64,000 bases of DNA. It comes from Octopus sinensis (lineage: Eukaryota). A program made the position numbers and the translations under genes. Of this stretch, positions 17,323 to 30,566 are shown piece by piece (position 1 is the first letter of the stretch; the number at the start of each line of letters is the position of its first letter). The stretch lies in NCBI RefSeq assembly GCF_006345805.1, contig NC_043023.1, forward strand, positions 13,020,001 through 13,084,000, read 5' to 3'. Below the pieces are notes generated by a model. The model made no database searches. It had not been told where the DNA came from and saw only the letters and a list, made by a program, of their open reading frames with translations.

Positions 17323-17551
17323 TATATATATATATGTTTTGTGTTTGTTTTCGTTTCTAATTGTGTTCGACGTTTTTTTGGTGTCCTGTACCCATATACG
17401 CATGTACATATACATGTAGAGGTAGGTACGTACATATATGTATGAATATATGCATATCTTTTATTTATTTATTAATTTACTATATGACAGAACGCACGTA
17501 TCCCTTTCTAAGTAAGATTGTTCTATATATATATATACAGAGAGAGAGATA

Positions 17552-17610
<59 letters not shown>

Positions 17611-17743
17611 AAATTAAATCGTGGGTTCGATTTCTTTGACTCAACAAAAAAGCTTTAGGACGGTGCTCCAGCATGGCCGCAGTCAAATAACTGTGTCAAA
17701 TATATGTGTCAAATTACTGTGCCAACCGCAGTCAAATAACAGT

Positions 17744-17961
<218 letters not shown>

Positions 17962-17990
17962 TACATATACATTCAGACAGACCTTATTGA

Positions 17991-18161
17991 AGCATTTCGT
18001 CGTTTCCGATTCGGTTTTTTAAAGTTCCTTTCTTTTTCAAATCAAAATTTCAATCAACGGAAATAACGATGTTATTATAATTTGTCTTTGGACTCATCGC
18101 AAGGACTTTATTATTGCTTGAACGATTTCACTGGAAACACTGGCTTTCATATCGATAACAG
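17991..18161 (+). other. Predicted non-coding exon 1 of gene C (donor CAG|GTAAGA; acceptor at 20570/20571)
   Basis: Block conserved upstream of C, D, E and F, ending in a consensus donor; start of exon uncertain. Confidence 0.6.
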
Positions 18162-18325
18162 GTAAGATACTATATACACATCTAAGCGAAAAAAGGTCTC
18201 GAGGTGTCAATATTTTGTTTCATAAATCATAAATTATTATTTTGGTACGAAACGAAGACGACTTGGCAATTTTGCGAGTTTTTTTTCCTTATTGTTTTGC
18301 TCCCCAACACTTTGGCCCTTTTCCC

Positions 18326-18626
18326 GGGTACTACTAGCGAAGACTGGACCTGGTGCGCGTCCGCGCTAGCTAGTCGTAAGTAGTCGATATTACAATGACT
18401 TGCAAATGAGTTGTGTTGTAGGTTGGAAGACAACCAATGGGTCTAATTAACCATCAAGAAATAATTTATTTACTTTCTTTAGAAAATTCTTATATTTTAT
18501 TCTGTAAAATCAACTCATTTGCATACACGCCCAAGTCGTTGTAGGATCGACTACTTACGACTAGCTAGCGCGGACACGCGACTGCGCGTGTGCGAGCACC
18601 TGGTCCAGTCTTTGCTAGTAGTACCC
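18326..18626. mobile_element. MITE-like element with about 90-bp imperfect TIRs
   Basis: GGGTACTACTAGCGAAGACTGGACC... / ...GGTCCAGTCTTTGCTAGTAGTACCC; absent from paralogous sites near 28190 and 40740. Confidence 0.75.
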
Positions 18627-19139
18627 AGAACTACACGCACTCGGTAACCACAGAAATGTAAGTTCGAGCACATGTCTCACCGCTGACAAATTTTCCTTCA
18701 ATATATGGATATTCTATCCTTTTTTTGCTATTCAGAATTATTCTACGTTTGAGGATAAATCATTTCCATATCTTTATATTTCAATACATCTCTCAACGCT
18801 TCTGAAAAAGTTAACTTTTTGTTTACATACATCGCAGTATATAATTAGGGTTCAGTAATAATAATAATAATAATAATAATGGCACTGTCATTGCGGTGGT
18901 GGTGGTCATTTGTGCAGATTTGGTGTGATTTCTTTTTTAAAAACAATAATGAATAATGCAAGAATATATTTATTTATAAAGTTTAAACAGAACATGGAAT
19001 GAAATGTATTTATTTATAAACTTTATAAACCTAACAGCGTGGTGGTACGTAAATAAACGGCGTAAATTAACGAAGGTATAAACCTGACGGAAATACACGA
19101 AGTTGACTACTTTCACTTCTGACAACCAAAGGCATGACA

Positions 19140-19408
19140 GTACCATAATAATAAAACATTGTGTACAGTGCTCAGGTGCACTACAACTCATCTAAAGTGT
19201 ATATATAATCAGGTGTAGTTTCGGTGGATTTCGGAAAGCATGAGGGCCTTAAAGGATGCAGTGTCATGGCAGTCAACAACTGACGCAGGTGTTCAAAAAG
19301 GTGTTCAGTGTTGTTGTTGGTGAGGTGGTTGATAACTTTGTGGGTGTTTACCAAGTCCGTCGCCAGACACCGGAGCTTCAGTGAATCCATGCCCAGGGAA
19401 ACAAGGCG
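19140..19408 (-). mobile_element. CR1/L2-type LINE 3' fragment
   Basis: Translates LGMDSLKLRCLATDLVNTHKVINHL; homologous to 23830-24995. Confidence 0.8.
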
Positions 19409-19617
19409 CACACACTGAACTTTTAGAAATAGCAGCCAAAAAATCTTAGCAATTTCTTCTACTATAATAAAATCTCCCAGACAATGTGATTTTTTGTTAT
19501 TTTTTCCTCCATACCTGCGTGAACTATTTTTGGGTATGCATTGTCTGGGAGATTTTTCTTATAGTAGAAGAAATAGCTAAGATTTTTTGACTGCTATTTC
19601 TAAAAGTTCAGTGTGTG
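19409..19617. repeat. Imperfect inverted repeat, 78-bp arms, 52-nt spacer
   Basis: 19409-19486 versus 19539-19617. Confidence 0.85.
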
Positions 19618-19782
19618 GTAAAGTAAATTATTTTACTGAACCCTAATTAAATAACGTAATGTTTTAAATATACCTTAATTAGTCCTCTTACATACTGAAC
19701 ACTACTTGGTAAAATTAATTAATAATTAATTGATTTTTACCCTTTTATTATTGATAATATATCGCAGTATATATATATTCTT

Positions 19783-20547
19783 TTATAGACTGTGGCCATG
19801 CTGGAGCACCGCCTTTAGTCGAGCAAATCGACCCCGGGACTTATTCTTTGTAAGCCTAGTACTTATTCTATCGGTCTCTTTTGCCGAACCGCTAAGTTTA
19901 CTCTTTTACTTGTTTCAGTCATTTGACTGCGGCCATGCTGGAGCACTGCCTTTAGTCGAGCAAATCGACCCCAGGACTTATTCTTTGTAAGCCTAGTACT
20001 TATTCTATCGGTCTCTTTTGCCGAACCGCTTAGTTTACTCTTTTACTTGTTTCAGTCATTTGACTGTGGCCATGCTGGAGCACCGCCTTTAGTCGAGCAA
20101 ATCAACCCCTGGACTTATTCGTTGTAAGCCTAGTACTTATTCTATCGGTCACTTTTGCCGAACCGCTAAGTTTACTCTTTTACTTGTTTCAGTCATTTGA
20201 CTGTGGCCATGCTGGAGCACCGCCTTTAGTCGAGCAAATCGACCCCTGGACTTATTCGTTGTAAGCCTAGTACTTATTCTATCGGTCTCTTTTGCCGAAC
20301 CGCTTAGTTTACTCTTTTACTTGTTTCAGTCATTTGACTGTGGCCATGCTGGAGCACCGCCTTTAGTCGAGCAAATCGACCCCTGGACTTATTCGTTGTA
20401 AGCCTAGTACTTATTCTATCGGTCACTTTTGCCGAACCGCTAAGTTTACTCTTTTACTTGTTTCAGTCATTTGACTGTGGCCATGCTGGAGCACCGCCTT
20501 TAGTCGAGCAAATCGACCCCTGGACTTCTTTTTTGTAAGCCTAGTAA
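19783..20547 (-). repeat. Tandem 137-bp SINE family 2 3' segment, about 5.5 copies
   Basis: ACTTAT anchor at 19861,19998,20135. Confidence 0.9.
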
Positions 20548-21070
20548 TTATTGTTTCTTTCTTCTTTCAGAATATCAAATGAAATTGGCATCAAAGAATT
20601 GGTTGCATCGAGGTACAGCATCTTTTAAAGACTGGAAGGAAATGTTCTTCGTAGAATGAATCTTTGGTGTCTTACAGTAATGCTTATGGAAGATTAATTC
20701 GTCATTCTAACAGAATTGGACAAGCATATTGTGTGTGTGTTTGTGAAAGACTTTGAAATGATCACAATTGATAAGAATCCTTCAGGCGCCCATACCAGAT
20801 GATTCTTCTCTGCTATGTGTCTGATATATATTTGTGGTTTTATGCAGCAAGCATTTATATGTGTGGACCTGTGAAGGCCAATATCACAATATTCAACATT
20901 CTAACAAGACAGCTACATTAAGTTGGGTGTAAAGATTGCCTTTTGGTACTAAAACTGGTTGTGTTGCTAATAATTATATTTTGAAAAGAAATATATTTAT
21001 TAGGATCAATATATAAAAAGAATAAAAACAAGGAAAACACCTGTAAATTGTAGAAAAGAGAAGGGAAACT

Positions 21071-22003
21071 ATGGAAGGAAAATTATGTAATAACACGTCT
21101 GAAAAGACTGATGTTGTTTGTGATTTAAAGGAAGAGGAAGAGGAAGGAGAATCATCGTACCAGTGTGATGTCTGTGATGAAGCATTCTCTGAAAGAGATA
21201 GCTTGACTAAGCACAAATGTATTCATGCAGGAGACAGGCCATTTTCCTGTGATATTTGTGGAAAATCGTTCCATCGAAATTATCACTTAACAAGACACAA
21301 ACTCACTCATACGGGTGGTAAAGCTTATAACTGTAATATCTGTGGTAAAGCGCTAACTCGACAGTCGAACCTAGACATGCATATGCGTATTCATACAGGT
21401 GAGAAACCATTTTCCTGTGACATCTGTGGGAAATCTTTCTCCGGGAGCAGTTATTTCACTAAACACAAACGAATTCATTCAGGCGATAGGCCGTACTGTT
21501 GTGATGTCTGTGGTAAATCATTCTATGAATCTGTTGATTTAACTAAACACAGACGTATGCATTCAGGTGAGAAGCCATATCACTGTGACATCTGTGGAAT
21601 GTCATTCTCCGTAAGCTCTAACTTGACGAAACACAAGCGTACACACACAGGTGAGAAGCCATATCGTTGTGACACCTGTGGTAAATCATTTTCCGCAGCC
21701 GATAACATGAAGACTCACAAACGTATTCATACAGGTGAGAAACCATATTGCTGTGATATCTGTGGTAAATCATTCTATACAAATGGCGCTTTAACTAATC
21801 ACGTACGCGTTCATACAGGTGTGAAGCCCTATCGTTGTGACATCTGTGGTAAATCGTTTTCTTCACGTAGCCAATTAACTAGTCACAAATGCATTCATAC
21901 TGGGGAAAAAGCATTTCGTTGTGATACCTGTGGTAAATTATTCTCACATAGTAGTAGCTTGGCTAAGCACAAACACACCCATACAGGTGAGAGCATATTG
22001 TGA
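21071..22003 (+). CDS. C2H2 zinc-finger protein C, 310 aa, 10 fingers
   Basis: Intact ORF with MEGKLC...YQCDVCDEAF leader; degenerate fingers follow to about 22370. Confidence 0.92.
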   Translation: MEGKLCNNTSEKTDVVCDLKEEEEEGESSYQCDVCDEAFSERDSLTKHKCIHAGDRPFSCDICGKSFHRNYHLTRHKLTHTGGKAYNCNICGKALTRQSNLDMHMRIHTGEKPFSCDICGKSFSGSSYFTKHKRIHSGDRPYCCDVCGKSFYESVDLTKHRRMHSGEKPYHCDICGMSFSVSSNLTKHKRTHTGEKPYRCDTCGKSFSAADNMKTHKRIHTGEKPYCCDICGKSFYTNGALTNHVRVHTGVKPYRCDICGKSFSSRSQLTSHKCIHTGEKAFRCDTCGKLFSHSSSLAKHKHTHTGESIL

Positions 22004-22090
22004 ATTCTGTGGTAAATCCTTCTCACATGGGAGGGCATTAACGAAACGTGTTCATACAGGTGAGAAGCCATATCGTGAAATTTGTAGTAA

Positions 22091-22222
<132 letters not shown>

Positions 22223-23446
22223 TGAGATCCATATCGTGAAATCTGTGGTAAATCCTTCTAACATGGGAGGGCATTAACAAAACACCTGTTCATACAGGTG
22301 AGAAGCCATATCATTGTGATACCTGTGGTAAATCATTCTCTCAAGGAGACATCTATGTATTTATACAGAATCATAACTAACATTATTATTTTATTTTATT
22401 TTATCTGGTTTCAGCTCACGAGCTGTGGCCATGCTGGGGCACCGCCATTATTGGTTGCAAATATTGCCACTAGGACAGCAAGCTTGTAGACGGGAGGTAA
22501 ATCTGTTACATCAACCCCAGTACTTGACTAATACTTACGCTATTGCCCCCAAAAGGATGAAACATAAGATCAACCTTGGAGGAATTTGAACTCAGAACGT
22601 AGCGGCAGACGAAATACCTATTTCTTTACTACCCACAAGGGGCTAAACACAGAGGGGACAAACAAGGACAGACAAACGGATTAAGTCGATTATATCGACC
22701 CCAGTGCATAACTTTATTTTATCGACCCCGAAAGGATGAAACATAAAGTTGACCTTGGTGGAATTTGAACTGAGAATATAAAGATGGACAGATTACAGCT
22801 AAGCATTTTGGCAGGTGTGCTCCTTGTTCTGCTAGCTTGCTCCCTTTCTTAGTAATCTATTATGATAATGAGCTTGTTTGTAAGTTTGTCCAAAATCCCC
22901 AAATAAGGACCTAGCAGTGTCAGTAAGAATTAAAAGAGAGAAGACAAAATGGTAATAACAATGAGAGAGGGAGTGGTATCAAACAGCCCCTCTTACCCTC
23001 TCTCTCTCACCAAAAACCTTTTCACTTTGTTAATGAACACTGCCTCTCTCTTTCTCTCTCTCTATCTTTCTATCCACAGACACACTCTCTTTTTCACTCT
23101 CTATTTCTCTCTCACTCAATAATAACATTTTCATTTTTCATTCCATGAACACTGATTTTATTTTCTTTCTGGTAAACATTAATAACAATATCTATGCTAG
23201 CATGGAAAACGGACACTAAACGATGATGATGAAGATAATTGAGTAAAATTTTTGCACCTCAAATTTGTTTTTTCTTTATCTCTTTGGCTGTTTGACTTTT
23301 CTGGAAGATTTTTCTGCTTAAAATGTTGCAAAATTAATAGAACATACCATCTGTATATGAGTAAGTAATTTTTAAGTCATAAATTTAAAATATTGTCAAT
23401 TGAAGGAAAGATTGGTTATATTGTCTGTTTAAAGAAAGCTTGATAA

Positions 23447-23823
23447 TCTTTATATATAAAAGAGAGGTTGTGTGGTGTCTGTCTCCTACGATTTAGATTC
23501 CTAACTACTCCCACATTTTGCGGTGCAGTGTAACCAAAACCGGGTATCTTATAGTCGTGATTCATATCAAGCCCTTCTGGGTATTAGCGAGTCTACGATT
23601 TAAAAAAAAATTTACCATCATTTTTTTCCATTTTAATGCATTTTTTCGCTATTATATAAGGGAAGTAACTCTCTAAAAGTGTCTACGATGAGTCAACGAT
23701 TTAAAAAAAAATTTACCATAATTTTTTTTCCATTTTTTTGCTATTTTTAGGCTATAACTCTCTAAAAATATTTATATAGTTATTTCCCTTACAAACCTGA
23801 GCAACGCCGGGCGATACTGCTAG
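23447..23823 (+). mobile_element. Non-autonomous Helitron
   Basis: TC...CTAG ends, A|T site; empty site visible in paralog at 31923/31924. Confidence 0.9.
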
Positions 23824-23829
23824 TATTAT

Positions 23830-24995
23830 TTAAAAATAATGAAATTATTGTATACAGTGCTCAGGTGCACCACAACTTGTCAAAAGTGCATATAAAGCAT
23901 ATGCAGTAATGTACAAATGCCTGGAAAGTGAATAGTGTACGAGTCAGATACATGCTTGTGTGCGTATGGAGGGGAGAAAGATCAGGTGTAGTGTTGGCGA
24001 ATCTCAGGAAGCATGGAAGTTTTGAAGGATGCAGTGCTCCGATAACTAACAACTGATGCCAGCAGTTTGTTCCATGCTTCAGCAACTCTCAGCGTGAAAA
24101 AATGTTTCCTAAAGTCATAGGAGCTGTGCTGTTTTCTGACTTTGTAAACATGTCCACGGATGTTAGACAGGTGGAGTTTTTAATTAATAATGATAATGAA
24201 ATTATTGTATACAGTGCTCAGGTGCACCACAGCTTGTCAAAAGTGCATATAAAGCATATGCAGTAATGTAGAAATGTCTGGAAAGCGAACAGTGTATGAG
24301 TCAGATACATGCTTGCGTGTGTATGGAGGGGAGAAAATCAGGTGTAGTGTTGGCGAATCTCAGGAAGCATGGAAGTTTTGAAGGATACAGTGTTCCGACA
24401 ACTAACAAATGATGCCGGCAGTTTGTTCCATGTTTCAGCAACTCTCAGCGTGAAAAAATGTTTCCGAAAGTCATGGGAGCTGTGCTGTTTTCTGACTTTG
24501 TAAATATGTCCACGGGTGGAGTTTGAAAAGGTTTCAGAGTTATTGTTTGTAAGATGGTTAATAATTTTATGAGTGTCTGCCAGACGTTGGAGTTTCAATG
24601 TGTCTATGCCCAGGGAAGTAAGGCGTTCAGAATATAGCAAATGCCTGATGGAGGGTATTCTAAAATGTTTCCGAAAGTCATGGGTGCTGTGTTGTTTTCT
24701 GACTTTGTAAATATGTCTACGGGTGTTAGACGGGTGAAGTTTGAAAAGGTGCTTAGAGTTATTGTTTGTAAGATGGTTGATAATTTTATGGGTGTCTGCC
24801 AAGTCAGCTGCCAGACGTCGGAGTTTCAATGTATCCATGCCCAGGGAAGTTAGGTGTTCAGAATATGGCAAATGCCTGATGGAGGGTATTCTCTTGGTTG
24901 CACGTCGCTGAACGGTTTCCAGACGATTGATATCCTGGGCAAGATAGGGGTCCCAGACCGGTGATGCAAATTCCAGGTGAGGTCTTACCATAGCT
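23830..24995 (-). mobile_element. 5'-truncated CR1/L2-type LINE with duplicated 3' segments
   Basis: ORF MVRPHLEFASPVWDPYLAQDINRLETVQRRATKRIP; two 3' ends near 23830 and 24185. Confidence 0.88.
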
Positions 24996-25119
24996 ATATA
25001 AAGCCACAGATAGATAGTCTATTAATAAAACTAAATACAAAAGGAAGGTAATTATGAATATTTACAAATAATTGCCGTTACAGTGTTGTTTGTAAATATT
25101 TATGAATGAAGAATTTTGC

Positions 25120-25450
25120 CAACTGGTACTTAATTTATCGACCTCGAAAGGATGAAAGGCAAAGTCGACCTCGGCGGAATTTGAACTTAGAACGTAACAT
25201 CAGACGAAATACCTATTTCTTTACTACCCACAAGGGGCTAAACACAGAGGGGACAAACAAGGACAGACAAACGAATTAAGTCGATTACATCGACACAGTG
25301 CGTAACTGGTACTTTATATATATCGACCCTGAAAGGATGAAAGGTAGAGTCGACCTCGGCGGAATTTGAACTCAGAATGTAACGGCAGACGAAATACCTA
25401 TTTCTTTACTACCCACAAGGGGCTAAACACAGAGGGGACAAACAAGGACA
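25120..25450 (-). repeat. Two tandem copies of SINE core segment
   Basis: Reverse complement of the 3412 unit. Confidence 0.8.
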
Positions 25451-26416
25451 GACAAATATTAAATCAATCACAAGGAGAGGAGAGATGAGCACAAGATGCA
25501 ATAAGGCAGACTCAAAGATGTCAAAATGAGAAGGAGCACCTAATTGCACAAAGGAGAGATATCCAAAGATGGAGCGCAGCACAAAGGCACCAAGATGAAA
25601 TGGATGAGGAAGCAGCAGGGAGGAGAGAATATCTAAGAATGGGAGCATTGCAGAGGTGACAAGATGAAACAGAAGCTGAAGCAGGATAAGAGAGAGAAAT
25701 AAAAAAAAAGAGAACATTGAGGACATAAAGTGGAAGAATTAATTACGATGACGAGGGTCCCAGCTGATACGATCAACAGAACAGCTTTGCTCGTGAAATT
25801 AACGAGCAAGTGGCTGAGCAATCCACAGACATGTGTACCCTTAATGTAGTTCGCAGGGAGATTCAGCATGACACAGAGTGTGACAAGGCTGGCCCCTTTG
25901 GATTACAGGTACTACTCATTTTTGCCGGCCGAGTTGACTGGAGCAACTTGAAATAAAGTGTCTTGCTGAAGAACACAACACATCACCGAGAATTGAAGTC
26001 ACGACCTTATGATTGCGAACCGAATACTGTAACCACTAAGCCATGCGCTTAAAAATTTCATCCAATGGAAAAAATGAAATATAAGATATAAACATATACC
26101 AATGATTAAATAATGTACAAAATCCTAAATAGAACATATATATTTGGTGAATATATACGTTTTATTTATTTACAGGAATGGGTGTAAAACAATGTGTAGG
26201 AAACATATAGGAAAAAAAAAATGCGGTCAAAGCAACGGGAGGGTGAGGAGAGGACTTGGGAAAATTCACAAGATCTGAGATTTTTCCCTCATAACTTTTA
26301 GGAAAATGGGGATCTTTTAATGAAATTTTATAGAAATATTATTTAAAGGGCATACATTATGATTATAAAGAAATTTGTGGGGAAAATCCTTTCCTGTAGT
26401 TTTGGAAGTATATCCT

Positions 26417-27089
<673 letters not shown>

Positions 27090-27114
27090 GTATATGTATA
27101 TATATATATATATA

Positions 27115-27390
27115 CGTATTTCAAAATAGAAAATTACCCTTTAACAGGTCATTTTTACATGCTAGAAATAGCAGCCAACACGGCCAAAAACGACAGTTTT
27201 ATAGCAAATTTCGAAGTACATGAATTACTATAAAATTGTGGCTTTTGGCCGTGTTGGCTGCTATTTCTAGCATGTAAAAATTACCTGTTAAAGGGTAATT
27301 TTCTATTTTGAAATACGAATATGTTGTCTATTGACTTTTTATACATGCTAGGCCACTGGTGGTGATATTTATAACGAGTATTCGCCACCC
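27115..27390 (+). mobile_element. Fold-back Penelope-like fragment between TA repeats
   Basis: Imperfect arms about 27115-27212 and 27227-27317; CATGCTAGAAATAGCAGCC and TGCTAGGCCACTGG motifs. Confidence 0.6.
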
Positions 27391-27394
27391 TATA

Positions 27395-27436
<42 letters not shown>

Positions 27437-27770
27437 CGTGATCACCGTGACCGACCAGGCTATCAGATGTTGTTATACATCGCTGGTCACAATGCGCTTC
27501 GCATTGTTTTAGCCTTCAAATGACGCCACCCCGCTGGCTAAGCGAGCAGGCAAACAGAAGAAAGAGTGAGAAGAAGTTGTGGCGAAAGAGTACAGCAGGG
27601 ATCGCCACCACCCCTTACTGGAGCCTCGTGGAGCTTTGGGTGTTTTCGCTTAATAAACACTCACAACGCCCGGTCTGGGAATCGAAATCGCGATCCTAAA
27701 ACTGCGTGTCCGCTGCTCAAACCGCCGGGCCATTGCGTATATATATACACACACATTCAGACAGACCTTA

Positions 27771-27945
27771 TTGAAGCATTTCGTCGTTTCCGAGTCGGTT
27801 TTTTTAAACATTTCTTTCTTTTCAAAACAAAATTTCGATCAACGTAAATAACGATGTTATAATTCGTCTTTTGAGTTTCTTGGAAGGACGTTTATTGCTA
27901 TTTAAACGATTTCACTGGAATCACTGGCTTTTATATCGATAACAG
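27771..27945 (+). other. Predicted non-coding exon 1 of gene D (acceptor 30265/30266)
   Basis: Homologous to 17991-18161; CAG|GTAAGA. Confidence 0.6.
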
Positions 27946-28495
27946 GTAAGATACTATATACACATCTAAGCGAAGAGAGGTCTCTCGATGTCCCATGTCT
28001 CAAAAGAAAAGGAAAAAAAACAGTATTTTCTGTTAATTAATATTTTGTTTCTTTCATAAATCAGAAATTATTATTTTGGAACGAAACGAAACGAAGACGG
28101 CCTTGCAAATTTGCGGGTTTCTTTCATTACAGTTTTGGTCCCCAACTCTTTGGCACCTTTTCCTCCCTTTTTCCCGTCAGGTATGGACTTGGAAGGGTAA
28201 CTGTTCCAGAACTACACGCACACGATAACCACAGAAATGTAAGTTCGAGCACCTGTCTCACCGCTGACAAATTTTCCTTCAATATATGGATATTCTATCC
28301 TTTTTATGCGATTCAGAATTATTCTGAGTTTGGGAATAAATCATTTCCATGTCTTTATATTTCAATACATCTCTCAACGCTTCTAAAGAAGTGAACTTTG
28401 TTTATATATATATAAGGCGGGGCACCGCCTTTAGTCGAGCAAATCGACCCCAGGACTTATTCTTTGGAAGCCTAGTACTTATTCTATCGGCTACT

Positions 28496-28685
28496 TTTTG
28501 CCGAATCGATAAGTTACTAGGACATAAACACACTAGCATCGGTTTTGCCGAATCACTAAGTTACTGGGACGTAAACACACCAGCATCGGTTTTGCCGAAT
28601 CGCTAAGTTATTGGGACATAAACACACCTGCATCGGTTTTGCCGAATCGCTAAGTTACTGGGACATAAACACACCAGCATCGGTT
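28496..28685. repeat. 47-bp tandem repeat (4 copies) inside a SINE family 2 remnant
   Basis: CCGAATC at 28501, 28548 and onward. Confidence 0.8.
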
Positions 28686-28834
28686 GTCAAGCGATGTTTG
28701 GGGAGGTCGGGGACACAAACCCGACATAATCAAAACATTTCACTTCGGGTATTTATCCCTGGAAGCAAATGAAAGTTACCGGAACGGGAGGAAGAGAGCT
28801 AATGGGTTGTACGTGGGTGCTTGTTCGCTTGCTC

Positions 28835-29265
28835 GGCGATCTTTCGTCCCTAGTAGACCTTTCCGTCGATTTCCGTAAAAATTTTTTTTTTTTTTACGTA
28901 TGGGCTTGCGGGAACTTTTGAAGTAATATACATACATATACACATACACCGAGTAAAAAATTTCAGTTATCTCTCTCTTTCACACATTACTCTCTCTGTC
29001 TCTTCACACACACTAACAGAAGCACTTCACTTACACAACATACTGTCTGTCTCCCACACCCCATCAAACACACACACACACACACATGTACATCAATGCT
29101 TGCCATGCACGGTAACTTCAAAAGAACTTCCCTCGTCATACAATCGCTTTCTCTTAGTCTCTTTCGCTCTCATTACTTCAAAAGTTCCCGCAAGCCCATA
29201 TGTAAAAAAAGACATTTTTTTTTACGGAAATCGACGGAAAGGTCTACTGGAGATGAAAGATTGCC
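28835..29265. mobile_element. Mutator-like MITE, about 85-bp TIRs, 8-bp TSD GCTTGCTC
   Basis: GGCGATCTTTCG... / ...GAAAGATTGCC; TSD at 28827-28834 and 29266-29273. Confidence 0.82.
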
Positions 29266-29689
29266 GCTTGCTCTTGTGGTACCTGTTCTGTTTCTATGTA
29301 TTTATGGGTTGTGGAGTATAGATGTAACGAAATTATGCCAGCAATGTTGCATTTTAAACTCGAAGGAAAAACGACTTGCATATTTGTTCTTGCCCTGCTT
29401 CATGTGTGCAGGTAAAACCCGCAAATTTCCAAGTAGAAAACAGAATCGAAGTTTATGCATCGCAAATCCCAGAAAACCAGAAATCCTCTGGTATTTAGCG
29501 GTATTTCGTCTGCTGCTACGTTCTGAGTTCAAATTCCGCCGAGGTTGACTTTGCCTTTCATCCTTTCAGGGTCGATTAAATAAGTACCAGTTACGCACTG
29601 GGTCAATATAATCAACATAATCCGTTTGTCTGTCCTTGTTTATCCCCTTATACATACATATATATATATACACATATATATATATATAT

Positions 29690-29734
<45 letters not shown>

Positions 29735-29888
29735 CTAAACTTGCGGAGTGGTTGGCGTTAGGAAGGGCATCCAGCTGTAAAACACTGCCAGATCAGACTG
29801 GAGCCTGGTGCAGCCCCTGGCTTCCCAGATCCCCGGTCGAACCGTCCAACCCGTGCTAGCGCGGAAAACGGACGTTAAACGATGATGA

Positions 29889-29941
<53 letters not shown>

Positions 29942-30566
29942 TTCAGTTGAATATGGTACTTAAGTTAAAGGCACCAGAATTTGGTACAGTATTATCCATA
30001 CAATTTCAAAATAAGGTGATTAAAATCAAAATAAGCAACAAGGATATCCAGAGGTAATGCAGTACGGTGGTTTCATGCAACTCCATTTAATTGAACAATG
30101 CAATCATTACATCAATTTAAAATGCAGAGCTAGGTATGAGAGGCCAGATATGTGCAGTTTGAACATGAAAACAGGTAAAATACTTGGGCCAGATAATGTC
30201 TGCTTTAAATGCTAAACGGTTGACCATCTTCTCTGTCTTACTCTGTTATTTCTCTCTTCTTTCAGAATATCAAATGAAATTGGCATCAAATAATTAGTTG
30301 CATCGAGGTACAGCATCTTTTAAAGACTGGAAGGAAATCTTCATAGAATGAATCTTTGGTGTCTTACAGGAAAATAGTTCTTTGGAGCCGAGACAATTTG
30401 TAATAAGCAGCAGCAGATCTCTTCTTCAAGGACTTGAATGCTTAGGAGAAGATTTTCATTTGTCATTCTACCAATTTGAGAAGAAATATATTTATTAAGA
30501 GCAATATGTAAAAAGAATGGAAAGCAGGAAAAACGACTGTTTATTGTAGAAAAGAGAAGGGAAAAT

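Noticed and set aside
25460-25620. 160-bp purine-rich segment repeated at about 34850-35010
   Set aside because: Real dispersed repeat, but no ends, TSD or coding signal allow classification
29096-29548. 150-aa ORF
   Set aside because: Spans a MITE TIR, intron sequence and a SINE; composite and not homologous in frame at the paralogous locus
30040-30090. GAAAC-CACC-GTA on the minus strand next to a TA tract
   Set aside because: No CUGANGA core upstream
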